A stretch of 64,000 nt of DNA from a virus (taxonomy: Duplodnaviria; Heunggongvirae; Uroviricota; Caudoviricetes): the IMG/VR virus record IMGVR_UViG_2907227753_000005; one strand, written 5' to 3'. Below are positions 55,649 through 64,000 of this stretch, piece by piece. Made by a program: the position numbers and the translations under genes. The first letter of the stretch is position 1. Each line of letters starts with the position of its first letter. The notes beneath the pieces were generated by a model. That model saw only the letters and a list, made by a program, of their open reading frames with translations. It had not been told where the DNA came from and did not search any database.

Positions 55649-57517
55649 GTGTTTGACGTGATTAACGCAGAAAAGATCAAAGGCAATGACGGGAAATGGT
55701 GGATTAAGGCTTCTTTTCGCAACGTCAAGACGCTTAGTGACGCGATGAGCGAGGTCAAAGGCGCGATCTATAGTCCTATTCAAAAGGTTTGGGCAGTTCC
55801 GCTGATCTACCGCGAAGATTTTGAGCAAAAGATGGGAAGCTTCCTGATCAACTGGACAGACGAGGAGAAAGGAAGCAACGGTGGTATCAGTGAGGACGAC
55901 ATTCCAAGTGAACCAGTTGTCCCTGGATACTCGGTTACCTACAATGCAGACGGTGACATTATCGACCACCGTGGATTCAAAACCCGCCCATGGGGAGAGT
56001 TCCAGGTCAAAGGATTTAACCTACTGGTCAGCAAAGACTTTCTGATCTTGGCTGATGACGCGGGTCTTGGTAAGTCTTGGCAGGTTGCTAACGCCATTGA
56101 AGCTAAGAAGAAGCTCGGGCATCTGAAACGGGGTATTGTCCTGGCGAAAGCGAGTCTGCTGTTTAACTGGCGTGACGAGATTCACATGCACACCAACCTA
56201 AAGTCGGTAGTAATGGCAGGTACCGTTAACCAACGTGCCAAGCTGTACAGCCAACTAACAAATGAGGAAGATTGGGATGTCCTCATTATGTCCTACGAGA
56301 CTTTCAGATGTGACATCCACAACCTTGAGCTTTTGGATAATTACAAAGAGCTTCAGTTCTGTGTTATGGATGAAGCCCACAAGATCAAGAACCCTTTAAG
56401 TAAGATCGGTTCCCTTGTGCATAGGTTGAACTTCCGTAGCCGTTATGTTCTGACAGCTACCCCACTCCCCAACTCACCGCTTGAAGCGTACAACTACCTT
56501 CACTTTGGTAAACGTGTACTGAAGAACTGGTATGAGTTCCGTGGCCACCATGCGATCATGGGAGGGTTCGGCGGCAAAGAGATCGTCGGCTACAAGAACA
56601 TTCCCGAGCTGAAGAACCTGATTCAGGTGAACATGCTCAGAAGACGCAAGAAGGACAAGCTGAAGGAGCTTCCTGAGGTTGCATTCAAGACAGTCAACCT
56701 CTCCATGACCCCTACTCAGTCCAAGATGTATCAGGCTGTTAAGATGGGGATTTTGGAGGAGCTGAAGGATACTTCCTTAGATAGGATTCCATCGGCACTT
56801 ACTAAGCTCCTTCGACTCCAACAGGTTACAGACTCCATCGAACTGATCGGAGCTTCCCCAGGGAAGAATACAAGCTCTAAGCTCCTAGCCCTTGACGAGA
56901 TGATCGAGGAACTGGTGGAAAGCGGTAATGAAAAAGTAATCATATTCTCCCGTTTCCGCACCGTGGTGGAGCTGATTGAGAAGCGATATGCAAAACATAA
57001 ACCTGCGGTCATCCATGGTGACGTTGATGCCAACGGTAAGACTGAAAACTCTGCTGTCCGACTGCTGAAGAAGAAGTACGGTCAGAAATGGTATGACATG
57101 CCTGAGGAGGAAAGACGTAAGCTCCTAGATGAAACTATGACTTCGGAACGTCAACGTGAAGTGTATAGATTCCAAAACGACGAAGATTGCAGAATCTTCA
57201 TTGGCTGTACACCTGCTTGCCGTGAAGGTCTTACACTCACTCAAGCAACTCACGTTATCTTCCTTGATTGTGAATGGTCACCTGCTTATGTTGAGCAAGC
57301 CTTCTCCCGCGCCCACCGTATCGGTCAGCGAAACGCCGTTACCGTCTATTACCTTGTATGTGAAGGTACTATTGATGAGCACGTACAGGAAACTCTGCAA
57401 CGTAAGGAAGCCATGGCACAGACCATGCTCGATGAGGGCATAGACAACCTCGATCTTGGAGTAGCGAAGCAACTGATTGCTTCCCTCGCAGGTATTGATG
57501 AAAGGATGGTGGCATGA
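55649..57517 (+). CDS. SNF2/Rad54-family DNA helicase/ATPase (622 aa)
   Basis: Motif I LADDAGLGKS, DEAH box VMDEAHKIKN, and C-terminal helicase motifs (GCTPACREGLTLTQATHVIFLD, QAFSRAHRIGQ). Confidence 0.8.
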   Translation: MFDVINAEKIKGNDGKWWIKASFRNVKTLSDAMSEVKGAIYSPIQKVWAVPLIYREDFEQKMGSFLINWTDEEKGSNGGISEDDIPSEPVVPGYSVTYNADGDIIDHRGFKTRPWGEFQVKGFNLLVSKDFLILADDAGLGKSWQVANAIEAKKKLGHLKRGIVLAKASLLFNWRDEIHMHTNLKSVVMAGTVNQRAKLYSQLTNEEDWDVLIMSYETFRCDIHNLELLDNYKELQFCVMDEAHKIKNPLSKIGSLVHRLNFRSRYVLTATPLPNSPLEAYNYLHFGKRVLKNWYEFRGHHAIMGGFGGKEIVGYKNIPELKNLIQVNMLRRRKKDKLKELPEVAFKTVNLSMTPTQSKMYQAVKMGILEELKDTSLDRIPSALTKLLRLQQVTDSIELIGASPGKNTSSKLLALDEMIEELVESGNEKVIIFSRFRTVVELIEKRYAKHKPAVIHGDVDANGKTENSAVRLLKKKYGQKWYDMPEEERRKLLDETMTSERQREVYRFQNDEDCRIFIGCTPACREGLTLTQATHVIFLDCEWSPAYVEQAFSRAHRIGQRNAVTVYYLVCEGTIDEHVQETLQRKEAMAQTMLDEGIDNLDLGVAKQLIASLAGIDERMVA

Positions 57518-57759
57518 AAGAACTAGAGATATTGCTTCTAAAGATGTGGGAAGATTTCGGTATTGAGTATATCTATAAATACAAGAACCGAATAAAAGTA
57601 TACAGAAGGGAAGGCTTAGTTAGCTATGAGCTGTTCTGTGACCTAACCTGCGGTACTATGTTTACTGACGTGGAGGATACAGCAAACGGCGATGATCTGT
57701 ACGCCGAGGACTGCAAGGTAAGCGTCAAAGTATTAATAGAAAGAAGATATGTATCATAA
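57514..57759 (+). CDS. Small hypothetical protein (81 aa)
   Basis: Coupled ATGA overlap. Confidence 0.45.
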   Translation: MKELEILLLKMWEDFGIEYIYKYKNRIKVYRREGLVSYELFCDLTCGTMFTDVEDTANGDDLYAEDCKVSVKVLIERRYVS

Positions 57760-58105
57760 TGTACAGTTCGACGCTAAAGTGAGCCACAATATCTGGCTAA
57801 AGAACCGTCCTCAAAAGGGCGGTTTCTTTATTTGGAGGACGCTAATGAAGAAGCATATCGAGGTGGTAAAGATTACACAGCAATTAGGTATAACAATATA
57901 CATGCAGGAGGGTGATCTAATGCCTAAGGCAGGGGAATTAGGATTCTGTCAGCGTTATGGATTTGGGGTGGTATCTGAAATTAGTGAATGTGGTTGGTGG
58001 TACTACTTCGAGGGTGGAGATGTAGCAGTAAATAAACCCTCAGTCAGAAAAGCCACTGAGTCTGAGATAAATACATGGAGGGATAAACAATGCCAAGACC
58101 TATAA
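57749..58105 (+). CDS. Hypothetical protein (118 aa)
   Basis: Overlaps its neighbours. Confidence 0.45.
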   Translation: MYHNVQFDAKVSHNIWLKNRPQKGGFFIWRTLMKKHIEVVKITQQLGITIYMQEGDLMPKAGELGFCQRYGFGVVSEISECGWWYYFEGGDVAVNKPSVRKATESEINTWRDKQCQDL

Positions 58106-58353
58106 GCAAAGTAATTCTACCTGACGTTCCTCCTATCCCTGAAGGGTATAAACGGAACTGGCTATGGTGCCGCAAGTGTGACGAGATTTCCTATTACGAT
58201 TATGTTCCATACGATACAGAAATGCCAAGCTTCCATACTACATGTGGTCACGACTTCTTCAGCGACCTAGAGTATCTGAAGGATTCTGAAGTGGAAGGCG
58301 GTCTTCCCGTCTCCCCTCCACCTGTAAAGAAGCGTTCTAAAAAGACTGCTTGA
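58090..58353 (+). CDS. Small Zn-finger-like protein (87 aa)
   Basis: CRKC...TCGH motif. Confidence 0.45.
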   Translation: MPRPISKVILPDVPPIPEGYKRNWLWCRKCDEISYYDYVPYDTEMPSFHTTCGHDFFSDLEYLKDSEVEGGLPVSPPPVKKRSKKTA

Positions 58354-58371
58354 ATTATTTTGATTCAGGTC

Positions 58372-58410
58372 TTAACTGCTCTCAATCGACTTCGTATAGA
58401 GAAAGTGAAG
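58372..58410 (+). promoter_or_regulatory. TTAACT-N17-TATAGAGAAAGTG promoter upstream of the 58425 gene
   Basis: Same spacing and the same downstream GAGAAAGTG as the 33772 copy. Confidence 0.5.
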
Positions 58411-58424
58411 GGAGATGAGAGCAA

Positions 58425-58883
58425 ATGAATAAACTAGCTCAGCAAGTTTTAGGGATTGAGCCTTCCGAGAAGAAGGACGTATTCGCTCAAGAAACATCGG
58501 TTGGGGAGGACACACTCCGAGAGTACCACTTCCGTAATGAACGTAAGAAGCAGGACGAGAAGTGGCTCAAGGAGAACAAGGGTGCCATCCTTAAAGGCTT
58601 ATCCGAGTTGGGCAAGCGCAAGGCAGACTGGGGCGGCTTCCGAGCTTCGTACTCCACGCCTGATAAGTCACACTTCGACAAAGAAAAGGTGATCGAGTTC
58701 CTTGAAAGTAAATACAGTCACCGAATCTACGAGGATATCATCCAAGCGGTCAAAGTCGTGGATGAAGATGTTCTTGCAGAGTACGTTGAGAGTGGAGAGA
58801 TCGACCTGGAAGCTCTCAAAGCTTACGCATGGGTTGAGAAGTACGATGCACCCCGTCTGACTGTATCGGTGGTCAAGGAATGA
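58425..58883 (+). CDS. Hypothetical protein (152 aa) downstream of the TTAACT-N17-TATAGAGAAAGTG element
   Basis: RBS gggagatga with a promoter-like element 20 nt upstream. Confidence 0.5.
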   Translation: MNKLAQQVLGIEPSEKKDVFAQETSVGEDTLREYHFRNERKKQDEKWLKENKGAILKGLSELGKRKADWGGFRASYSTPDKSHFDKEKVIEFLESKYSHRIYEDIIQAVKVVDEDVLAEYVESGEIDLEALKAYAWVEKYDAPRLTVSVVKE

Positions 58884-59305
58884 TTAAGGTCGGTGACCCT
58901 GTATTCATCCTCCCCGCCCACTCCCTGCGCTTTGCAGGTCGGTGGGGAGAAGTTATGGAGATCACCGAGGAGGAGTTGATGCCCTTGTTGTTACGCTTCA
59001 AGGGCATGGACATCCAGTACCGATTCGACTCCCACAGTGTCCTATCGACTGAGGATTACTACTCCTGGTTCTCGATCAGCCGTCCCTGCCTTAACAAGCT
59101 AACGGGTGAGATCATTGAGATTCAGGTGAAACAATACCCTAAGATCAGAGACATTGACGGTGAGATACATCACTTCGGTAACCTTCTCCCTGTCACCTAC
59201 TGCGAACGCTGTGGAACCAACACCACAGGCGAGTTCGCCGCGCTGTGCCAAGACTGCGCCTACCCATTACCGATTGAGCGAGGAGATGAAAGTAACCGTG
59301 ACTAG
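58880..59305 (+). CDS. Hypothetical protein (141 aa), Cys-rich C-terminus
   Basis: CERCG...CQDC. Confidence 0.5.
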   Translation: MIKVGDPVFILPAHSLRFAGRWGEVMEITEEELMPLLLRFKGMDIQYRFDSHSVLSTEDYYSWFSISRPCLNKLTGEIIEIQVKQYPKIRDIDGEIHHFGNLLPVTYCERCGTNTTGEFAALCQDCAYPLPIERGDESNRD

Positions 59306-59723
59306 AACAACAGCTAACCTATACCACAAAGGAATCCAGTACCAAGCGGAGGATGTATACCGTAGCACCACTACGTTCGTACACTACGAGGTCATCTCGT
59401 TTATGAAGATCAGCGGAGCCGACTTCGTTGTACTGAAGATCAGTAACCATGATCAACCTTCTATGCACCCTATTGAGGAGTTCCACCGCTTGGTTGATCT
59501 TCACGATCTCGTTAAGGTTTCCCGCCCACGATATGAAATTGGTGATCGCTTTGAACACCCGATGTCCAACCGCACTATGAAGGTACTGAGCGTATCCCCT
59601 GACAAGTGCAATGCTAACGGCAGTTATGCCTACTTCATGGAGGTCATCAAGGCGAACGGTAAGCCCTTCTACAACGTAATGAGTGAGACATTCCTTGATA
59701 AGTGTGTTCGGGACAAGTTCTGA
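59286..59723 (+). CDS. Hypothetical protein (about 146 aa from MKVTVT; the ORF track starts at 59154)
   Basis: RBS gaggag then ATG at 59286. This avoids a long overlap. Confidence 0.45.
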   Translation: MKVTVTRTTANLYHKGIQYQAEDVYRSTTTFVHYEVISFMKISGADFVVLKISNHDQPSMHPIEEFHRLVDLHDLVKVSRPRYEIGDRFEHPMSNRTMKVLSVSPDKCNANGSYAYFMEVIKANGKPFYNVMSETFLDKCVRDKF

Positions 59724-60019
59724 TGGGAGATATAGCTGATTACTACGCCGACCAAGCAATGTTCGACGAGCCGCGTTTCAGAGTCACAGAAGATGACCCG
59801 TTAGACGAGCTGACAGCCCTTGTAGACGACGAACTCATCCGTAGGGTACGAATACTCTACCGAGCGGCTAAAGAGCTGTCAGGGGCTATGAACGAGCAGG
59901 ACAGTCGGGTACAGAGTATCTGCAATCACCACCAACTGGTCGGGTATATGACCGAAAAGCAAAAGCGTTCGCTTTGTCTGTACATTCTGAACTTCGGTAA
60001 GAGGGTTGTCAGTATCTAA
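59702..60019 (+). CDS. Hypothetical protein (105 aa)
   Basis: Overlapping start. Confidence 0.45.
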   Translation: MCSGQVLMGDIADYYADQAMFDEPRFRVTEDDPLDELTALVDDELIRRVRILYRAAKELSGAMNEQDSRVQSICNHHQLVGYMTEKQKRSLCLYILNFGKRVVSI

Positions 60020-60150
60020 TGTAAGGAGCAACACCGTTTCAATGAACTATGACTGTGAGAAGTGTGGTAAGCACAACAAGGATATCTTAGAGCAGGTCAA
60101 CCACATCATAAATGGGTGTGAGACCGCTAAAACCAAGGAGGATACTACCA

Positions 60151-60378
60151 ATGCCAAAAGTAACTGAAGTATACGTTGAAGCTACGTTCACCAAGTCCCT
60201 GCCGAACTACCAAAACTACAAACCAACAGCAGGAGTTCGTATGACACCCAGTAAAGATGAATCCACTGATGAAGTGTTCGCCTACGGTTGGGGAGTTGTC
60301 CACGATCAGATCGCTGAGCAACTGAAAGCGTTCGATGATAAGCCGCAGTCGGGTACCACTAAAGGTCTCGGTAAGTAA
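60151..60378 (+). CDS. Small hypothetical protein (about 76 aa from MPKVTE)
   Basis: RBS aaggagg then ATG at 60151. Confidence 0.4.
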   Translation: MPKVTEVYVEATFTKSLPNYQNYKPTAGVRMTPSKDESTDEVFAYGWGVVHDQIAEQLKAFDDKPQSGTTKGLGK

Positions 60379-60405
60379 CCAACAAGAAAGAAAGGGTGAC
60401 CCAAC

Positions 60406-61233
60406 ATGATTAAACTTAATGGCGCAACCCTCAACTTCAAGGTCTTCCCTAATGGGGAGACTTTGGTTGACGGGGATCAAATTTTAGACCTCTTAGCAGA
60501 CAGAAACTATGACGCTGAAGTCATCTTCAAATATGAAAACGACAGTGACCTCGTGAAGCTCCTGTTCGTCAAGTCCCACCTGGATAGGTACTTCTGTAAG
60601 AGAAGCATTCTGAAGATCGCATACATGCCATACAGCCGCATGGACAGGTCTGAAGGGTCATCGGTCTTTACACTGAAGTACGTCGCCAAGATGATTAACG
60701 ACATGAACTTCGACTACGTTAATGTGATCGAGCCGCACTCTGATGTCACGTTGGCACTACTTGATCGTTGTGAAGCTACTTACCCAACCACCGCCCTCCT
60801 GCATGAGGTCATGATGGAAGTAGACTTCGACATCGAAAAGGATTATCTGTTCTTCCCCGACCAAGGTGCTCAAAAGCGTTACGGAAAGAACTTCACTAAG
60901 TTCAAGCAACTGGTTGGGTTTAAGGAACGCAACTTTGCTACTGGGGAGATCGACAAGCTTCAACTGGTCGGCTCTGTCGAGAGTAAAGGGTTCAAAGCGG
61001 TCATTGTGGATGACCTCTGCTCTTACGGAAACACATTCATCAGAAGCTCCAATGCTCTGCGTGAAGTAGGCGCGGCTGAGGTTCATCTCGTAGTGACTCA
61101 TGCTGAGGACTCTATCTTCAAAGGAAATGTGTTCACCTCTGAGCTGATTGACCATGTATACACCACGAACACTCTGCTCACCGAAGTACTTGAAGCATGG
61201 GAGAGCAAGATTAGCGTGAAGGAGCTGATCTAA
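60406..61233 (+). CDS. Ribose-phosphate pyrophosphokinase (Prs)-like enzyme (275 aa); a candidate ADP-ribose pyrophosphokinase (Adps-type) rather than a canonical PRPP synthetase
   Basis: N-domain ...KIAYMPYSRMDRSE matches the Prs (V)IPYFGYARQDRK loop. C-domain PRTase-type binding loop AVIVDDLCSYGNT. It is shorter than the roughly 315-aa housekeeping Prs. RBS aaagggtga. Confidence 0.65.
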   Translation: MIKLNGATLNFKVFPNGETLVDGDQILDLLADRNYDAEVIFKYENDSDLVKLLFVKSHLDRYFCKRSILKIAYMPYSRMDRSEGSSVFTLKYVAKMINDMNFDYVNVIEPHSDVTLALLDRCEATYPTTALLHEVMMEVDFDIEKDYLFFPDQGAQKRYGKNFTKFKQLVGFKERNFATGEIDKLQLVGSVESKGFKAVIVDDLCSYGNTFIRSSNALREVGAAEVHLVVTHAEDSIFKGNVFTSELIDHVYTTNTLLTEVLEAWESKISVKELI

Positions 61234-61676
61234 TGGAGAAGCTACCCCTGATTGACACAAACGGAACTGACCCCTTCCTCCACCCCACCAACGCCATAAA
61301 CAGGCTTGTGAATGAGTGGAGAGAGCACGGGAAGATCATCATTGCCTACGACTTCGATGACACCGTGTACGACTACCACAAGCGGGGCAGTAGCTACGAC
61401 CAAGTAATCAGTCTTCTGCAACGCTGTGAAGCCTACGGTGCATATTTCATCGTCTCCACTTGTTGTAGTGAGGACAAGTACGACTTCATTAAGGACTACT
61501 TGGAGAGTAACGGCATCCCTTATGACGCGATCAACGAGAACGCACCGTTTGTACCCTTCACTGGTCGGAAGATTTACTGCAACATACTACTTGATGACCG
61601 CGCAGGACTTCTTACTTCTTACGTAACTCTTGACAGTGCCTTAAAAATACTTGAATCGGAGCGTGTAATCCTATGA
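61233..61676 (+). CDS. HAD-superfamily phosphatase-like protein (147 aa), translationally coupled between the Prs-like and NAMPT-like genes
   Basis: Motif I IIIAYDFDDTV (hhhhDxDxT/V), an S/T motif FIVST, and a motif IV-like LLDDRAG. TAATG overlap upstream and ATGA overlap downstream. Confidence 0.5.
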   Translation: MEKLPLIDTNGTDPFLHPTNAINRLVNEWREHGKIIIAYDFDDTVYDYHKRGSSYDQVISLLQRCEAYGAYFIVSTCCSEDKYDFIKDYLESNGIPYDAINENAPFVPFTGRKIYCNILLDDRAGLLTSYVTLDSALKILESERVIL

Positions 61677-63169
61677 CAACTACTATTACTACTAACTTTC
61701 CTCCTGAACTTATGTGTGATTTCTATAAACTGTCCCACCCTGAGCAGTATCCTGAAGGTACAGAGTACGTATCCTCCACATGGACTCCTCGCGGTAGCCG
61801 CCTGGAAGGTGTGAATGAGGTAATGGTGTTCGGTGTGCAAGGCTTCGTGAAGGATTTCTTGATCGACTACTTCAACACATACTTCTTCAATCTTCCTAAG
61901 GACGTAGTGATCGCTCAATACAAACGATTCATCCGTCACACGATGGGAATTGCTGAACCTAACGCATCCCGTATTGCGGCTCTACATGACCTGGGCTACC
62001 TACCACTGAAGATCAAGGCTCTGAAAGAAGGTACTCTTGCCCCTACCCGCGTCCCAGTAGTTACTGTGGAGAACACACTTCCTGCATTCTATTGGCTGAC
62101 CAACTCCATTGAGACGGTTATGTCCTGTGAGGTATGGATGCCTTCCACAAGCGCAACAATCGCGTTCCAGTACCTTGAGATTCTGACTCGGTATGCCGAG
62201 ATGACAGGCAGTGACGAGGGAGCTATCCAGTTCCAGGGACACGACTTCTCCATGAGAGGTATGGCAGGTCGTCACGCGGCGGCTTCGAGTGGTGCAGGTC
62301 ACCTGCTCTCCTTCAGCGGAACGGACACATGCCCTGCTATTGGATACCTTGAGAAGTATTACAATGCAGACATCGAGAATGAACTGGTTGGTACCTCCAT
62401 CCCCGCCACTGAACACGCTGTAATGTGTGCCAACGGTCAGGACGAGAGAGAAGTACTATTGCGACTGATGACTGAAGTCTACCCTACTGGATTCTTCTCG
62501 GCTGTAATGGACACATGGGACTTCTGGCACGTAATCGAAAAAGTGCTCCCTTCCTTGAAGAAAGAGATTATGGGACGAGACGGTAGAGTAGTTTGTCGTC
62601 CTGACTCGGGAGACCCTGTTCTGATTCTCTGCGGTGATCCTAATGCTGAGGAGGAGATCGTTCGCAAGGGATTGATCGAAGCACTGTGGGATACCTTCGG
62701 TGGTACTGTAACTGATCGTGGTTACAAGCAACTCGATACACACATCGGTGCTATCTATGGCGACTCCATCACTCTTGATCGTTGCGAGGAGATTTGCAAG
62801 CGACTGATGGACAAGGGATTCGCTTCGACAAATGTGGTGTTCGGTATCGGATCGTTCACGTACCAATACAACACCCGAGACACATTCATGTTCGCGATGA
62901 AAGCGACTCATGCAGTAATCAACGGTGAGGAAAGACTTCTCTACAAAGACCCTAAGACAGACAGTGGTATGAAGAAGTCGCAGAGAGGGTTGGTTGCTGT
63001 TGTCGAAGACATTAATGGTCGTCTGACTTATAAGGACGGTATGTACAGAGCTGACTACGAGGAGATCGCTCACCTCGACCAGTTAGAAGTACTGTTCCTT
63101 GACGGAAAGTTGGTTCGTGACGAGACCCTAGGCGAGATTCGCGCAAGAGTTCGTAAACAACTGAAGTAG
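61673..63169 (+). CDS. nadV: Nicotinamide phosphoribosyltransferase family enzyme (NAMPT/NadV-like, 498 aa)
   Basis: Multiple NAMPT signature blocks align with the human and bacterial enzymes: CDFYKLSHPEQYP (DSYKVTHYKQYP), VTVENTLPAFYWLTNSIET (FTVENTDPECYWLTNWIET), HDFSMRG (HDFGYRG), FSGTDT (FKGTDT), PATEHAV (PAAEHST), RPDSGDP (RPDSGNP). Confidence 0.85.
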   Translation: MTTTITTNFPPELMCDFYKLSHPEQYPEGTEYVSSTWTPRGSRLEGVNEVMVFGVQGFVKDFLIDYFNTYFFNLPKDVVIAQYKRFIRHTMGIAEPNASRIAALHDLGYLPLKIKALKEGTLAPTRVPVVTVENTLPAFYWLTNSIETVMSCEVWMPSTSATIAFQYLEILTRYAEMTGSDEGAIQFQGHDFSMRGMAGRHAAASSGAGHLLSFSGTDTCPAIGYLEKYYNADIENELVGTSIPATEHAVMCANGQDEREVLLRLMTEVYPTGFFSAVMDTWDFWHVIEKVLPSLKKEIMGRDGRVVCRPDSGDPVLILCGDPNAEEEIVRKGLIEALWDTFGGTVTDRGYKQLDTHIGAIYGDSITLDRCEEICKRLMDKGFASTNVVFGIGSFTYQYNTRDTFMFAMKATHAVINGEERLLYKDPKTDSGMKKSQRGLVAVVEDINGRLTYKDGMYRADYEEIAHLDQLEVLFLDGKLVRDETLGEIRARVRKQLK

Positions 63170-63379
63170 GTAAATCCTGTAGGAAGTGGGACACCCCACT
63201 TCCTTTTTCTATTGGACAAGTGTATACTGTCTTTGAATAAACTCCCTAAGGGGGTAAGAGCAGTGTTATCTGAGGAGCCAATAGATAAGATTTTTTAAGA
63301 TGATGTCTACGAGAAAAGACTCGCGGGGAGAACAGCAAATGTCTCACGCGGGGCACGGGCAAAAAGGTACCCTCATGAA

Positions 63380-64000
63380 ATGATGACAGGCAAGGAAAAG
63401 CGAGACTATACTAAATCAGGAAAGGTTCAGGTGACTAACATGTACGAAAACATTCTGCCTTACGAGGAGTTTAAGAAGATCGAACCTGCGGAGAAGCGTG
63501 CAGAAGTTCTTCAGAGTTGGAGAGACAAATTTAACAACGCTCAGATCGAACGTACTTGGGGGATGAAAACTCATCAGTACTATAAGGTTGTCAAAGAACA
63601 CGGACTGAAGACAGCTACCCCAGGCAACGCAAAAGCTAAACAACAATCCATAGGTGCAGGAAGCAATGCTAACCAACGCACCAATAAAAATAATGCAGTC
63701 GTACTTAACAGTGAAGGTTTGGGGATTAGTTATGCGGGAGTCTTCAACATTGCTGATCTCGAAACCAAGTTCACTAAGATCGTGGGCTTCCTGAAGGATG
63801 AGGGCGGTGCGTTCTCGGTAAGCATCTCAGTCTTTGAGGACATTGCCCCTGAGCAAGCGAATGAAGGAATCAAGATCAACTACAACGGAACGTTTAGCGG
63901 TGAGGAGCTGTTAGCTCGTTTCGACAAGATCAGCGGCTTCCTGAAGGACGAGACAGGCAAGTTCAATGTCCGCATCCTGGTTCAAGAAGAAGCGGCTTAA
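63380..64000 (+). CDS. Hypothetical protein (206 aa) with an internal C-terminal repeat; the TAA stop at 63998-64000 coincides with the window end
   Basis: Repeats FTKIVGFLKDEGGAFSVSISVFEDIAPEQ and FDKISGFLKDETGKFNVRILVQEEAA. Confidence 0.45.
   Translation: MMTGKEKRDYTKSGKVQVTNMYENILPYEEFKKIEPAEKRAEVLQSWRDKFNNAQIERTWGMKTHQYYKVVKEHGLKTATPGNAKAKQQSIGAGSNANQRTNKNNAVVLNSEGLGISYAGVFNIADLETKFTKIVGFLKDEGGAFSVSISVFEDIAPEQANEGIKINYNGTFSGEELLARFDKISGFLKDETGKFNVRILVQEEAA

Noticed and set aside
61233-61676. Possible NMN adenylyltransferase, from the N-terminal GTDPFLHPTN that superficially resembles the (H/T)xGH nucleotidyltransferase motif
   Set aside because: The order of residues does not fit GxFxPxHxxH and no GG/Rossmann strand precedes it. 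A HAD DxDxT motif (AYDFDDTV) fits better. It is kept as a HAD-like phosphatase.

Overview
The window reads as one contiguous stretch of a tailed, siphovirus-type phage genome from a Gram-positive host. S-layer-homology (SLH) motifs in several proteins suggest an S-layer-bearing Firmicute such as Bacillus, Paenibacillus, Brevibacillus or Lysinibacillus. Positions 1-33.7 kb are a minus-strand late block. It runs TerS-like gene, an inserted thymidine kinase, TerL, a metallophosphoesterase, portal, protease/scaffold-like protein, major capsid protein, head-tail connector proteins, major tail tube, two chaperones, a 3050-aa tape measure protein, two tail proteins with SLH domains, a 1045-aa tail lysin with an M23 peptidase domain, and distal tail/baseplate proteins. 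Three glycosyltransferase genes sit upstream of TerS. A short plus-strand block at 33.8-36.0 kb holds a Zn-finger protein, an SPFH/band-7 protein and a 246-aa protein. A minus-strand tRNA array of at least 13 tRNAs at 36.2-38.4 kb has two protein genes embedded in it. From 38.5 kb to the end is a long plus-strand early/middle region of mostly small unknown proteins. It contains a secreted triple-SLH protein, a DnaD-like protein, an SNF2 helicase and, at 60.4-63.2 kb, a translationally coupled operon of a Prs-like kinase, a HAD phosphatase and a NAMPT-family phosphoribosyltransferase. I read this operon as an NAD+ reconstitution or salvage module that counters NAD+-depleting host defences. It is the most notable system in the window. 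Two families of conserved intergenic elements stand out: a GC-rich composite element of about 65 bp with an AGTGC-N6-GCACT hairpin, and a TTAACT-N17-TATAGAGAAAGT promoter-like element. All function calls come from motif recognition in the translated ORFs. No database search was possible.
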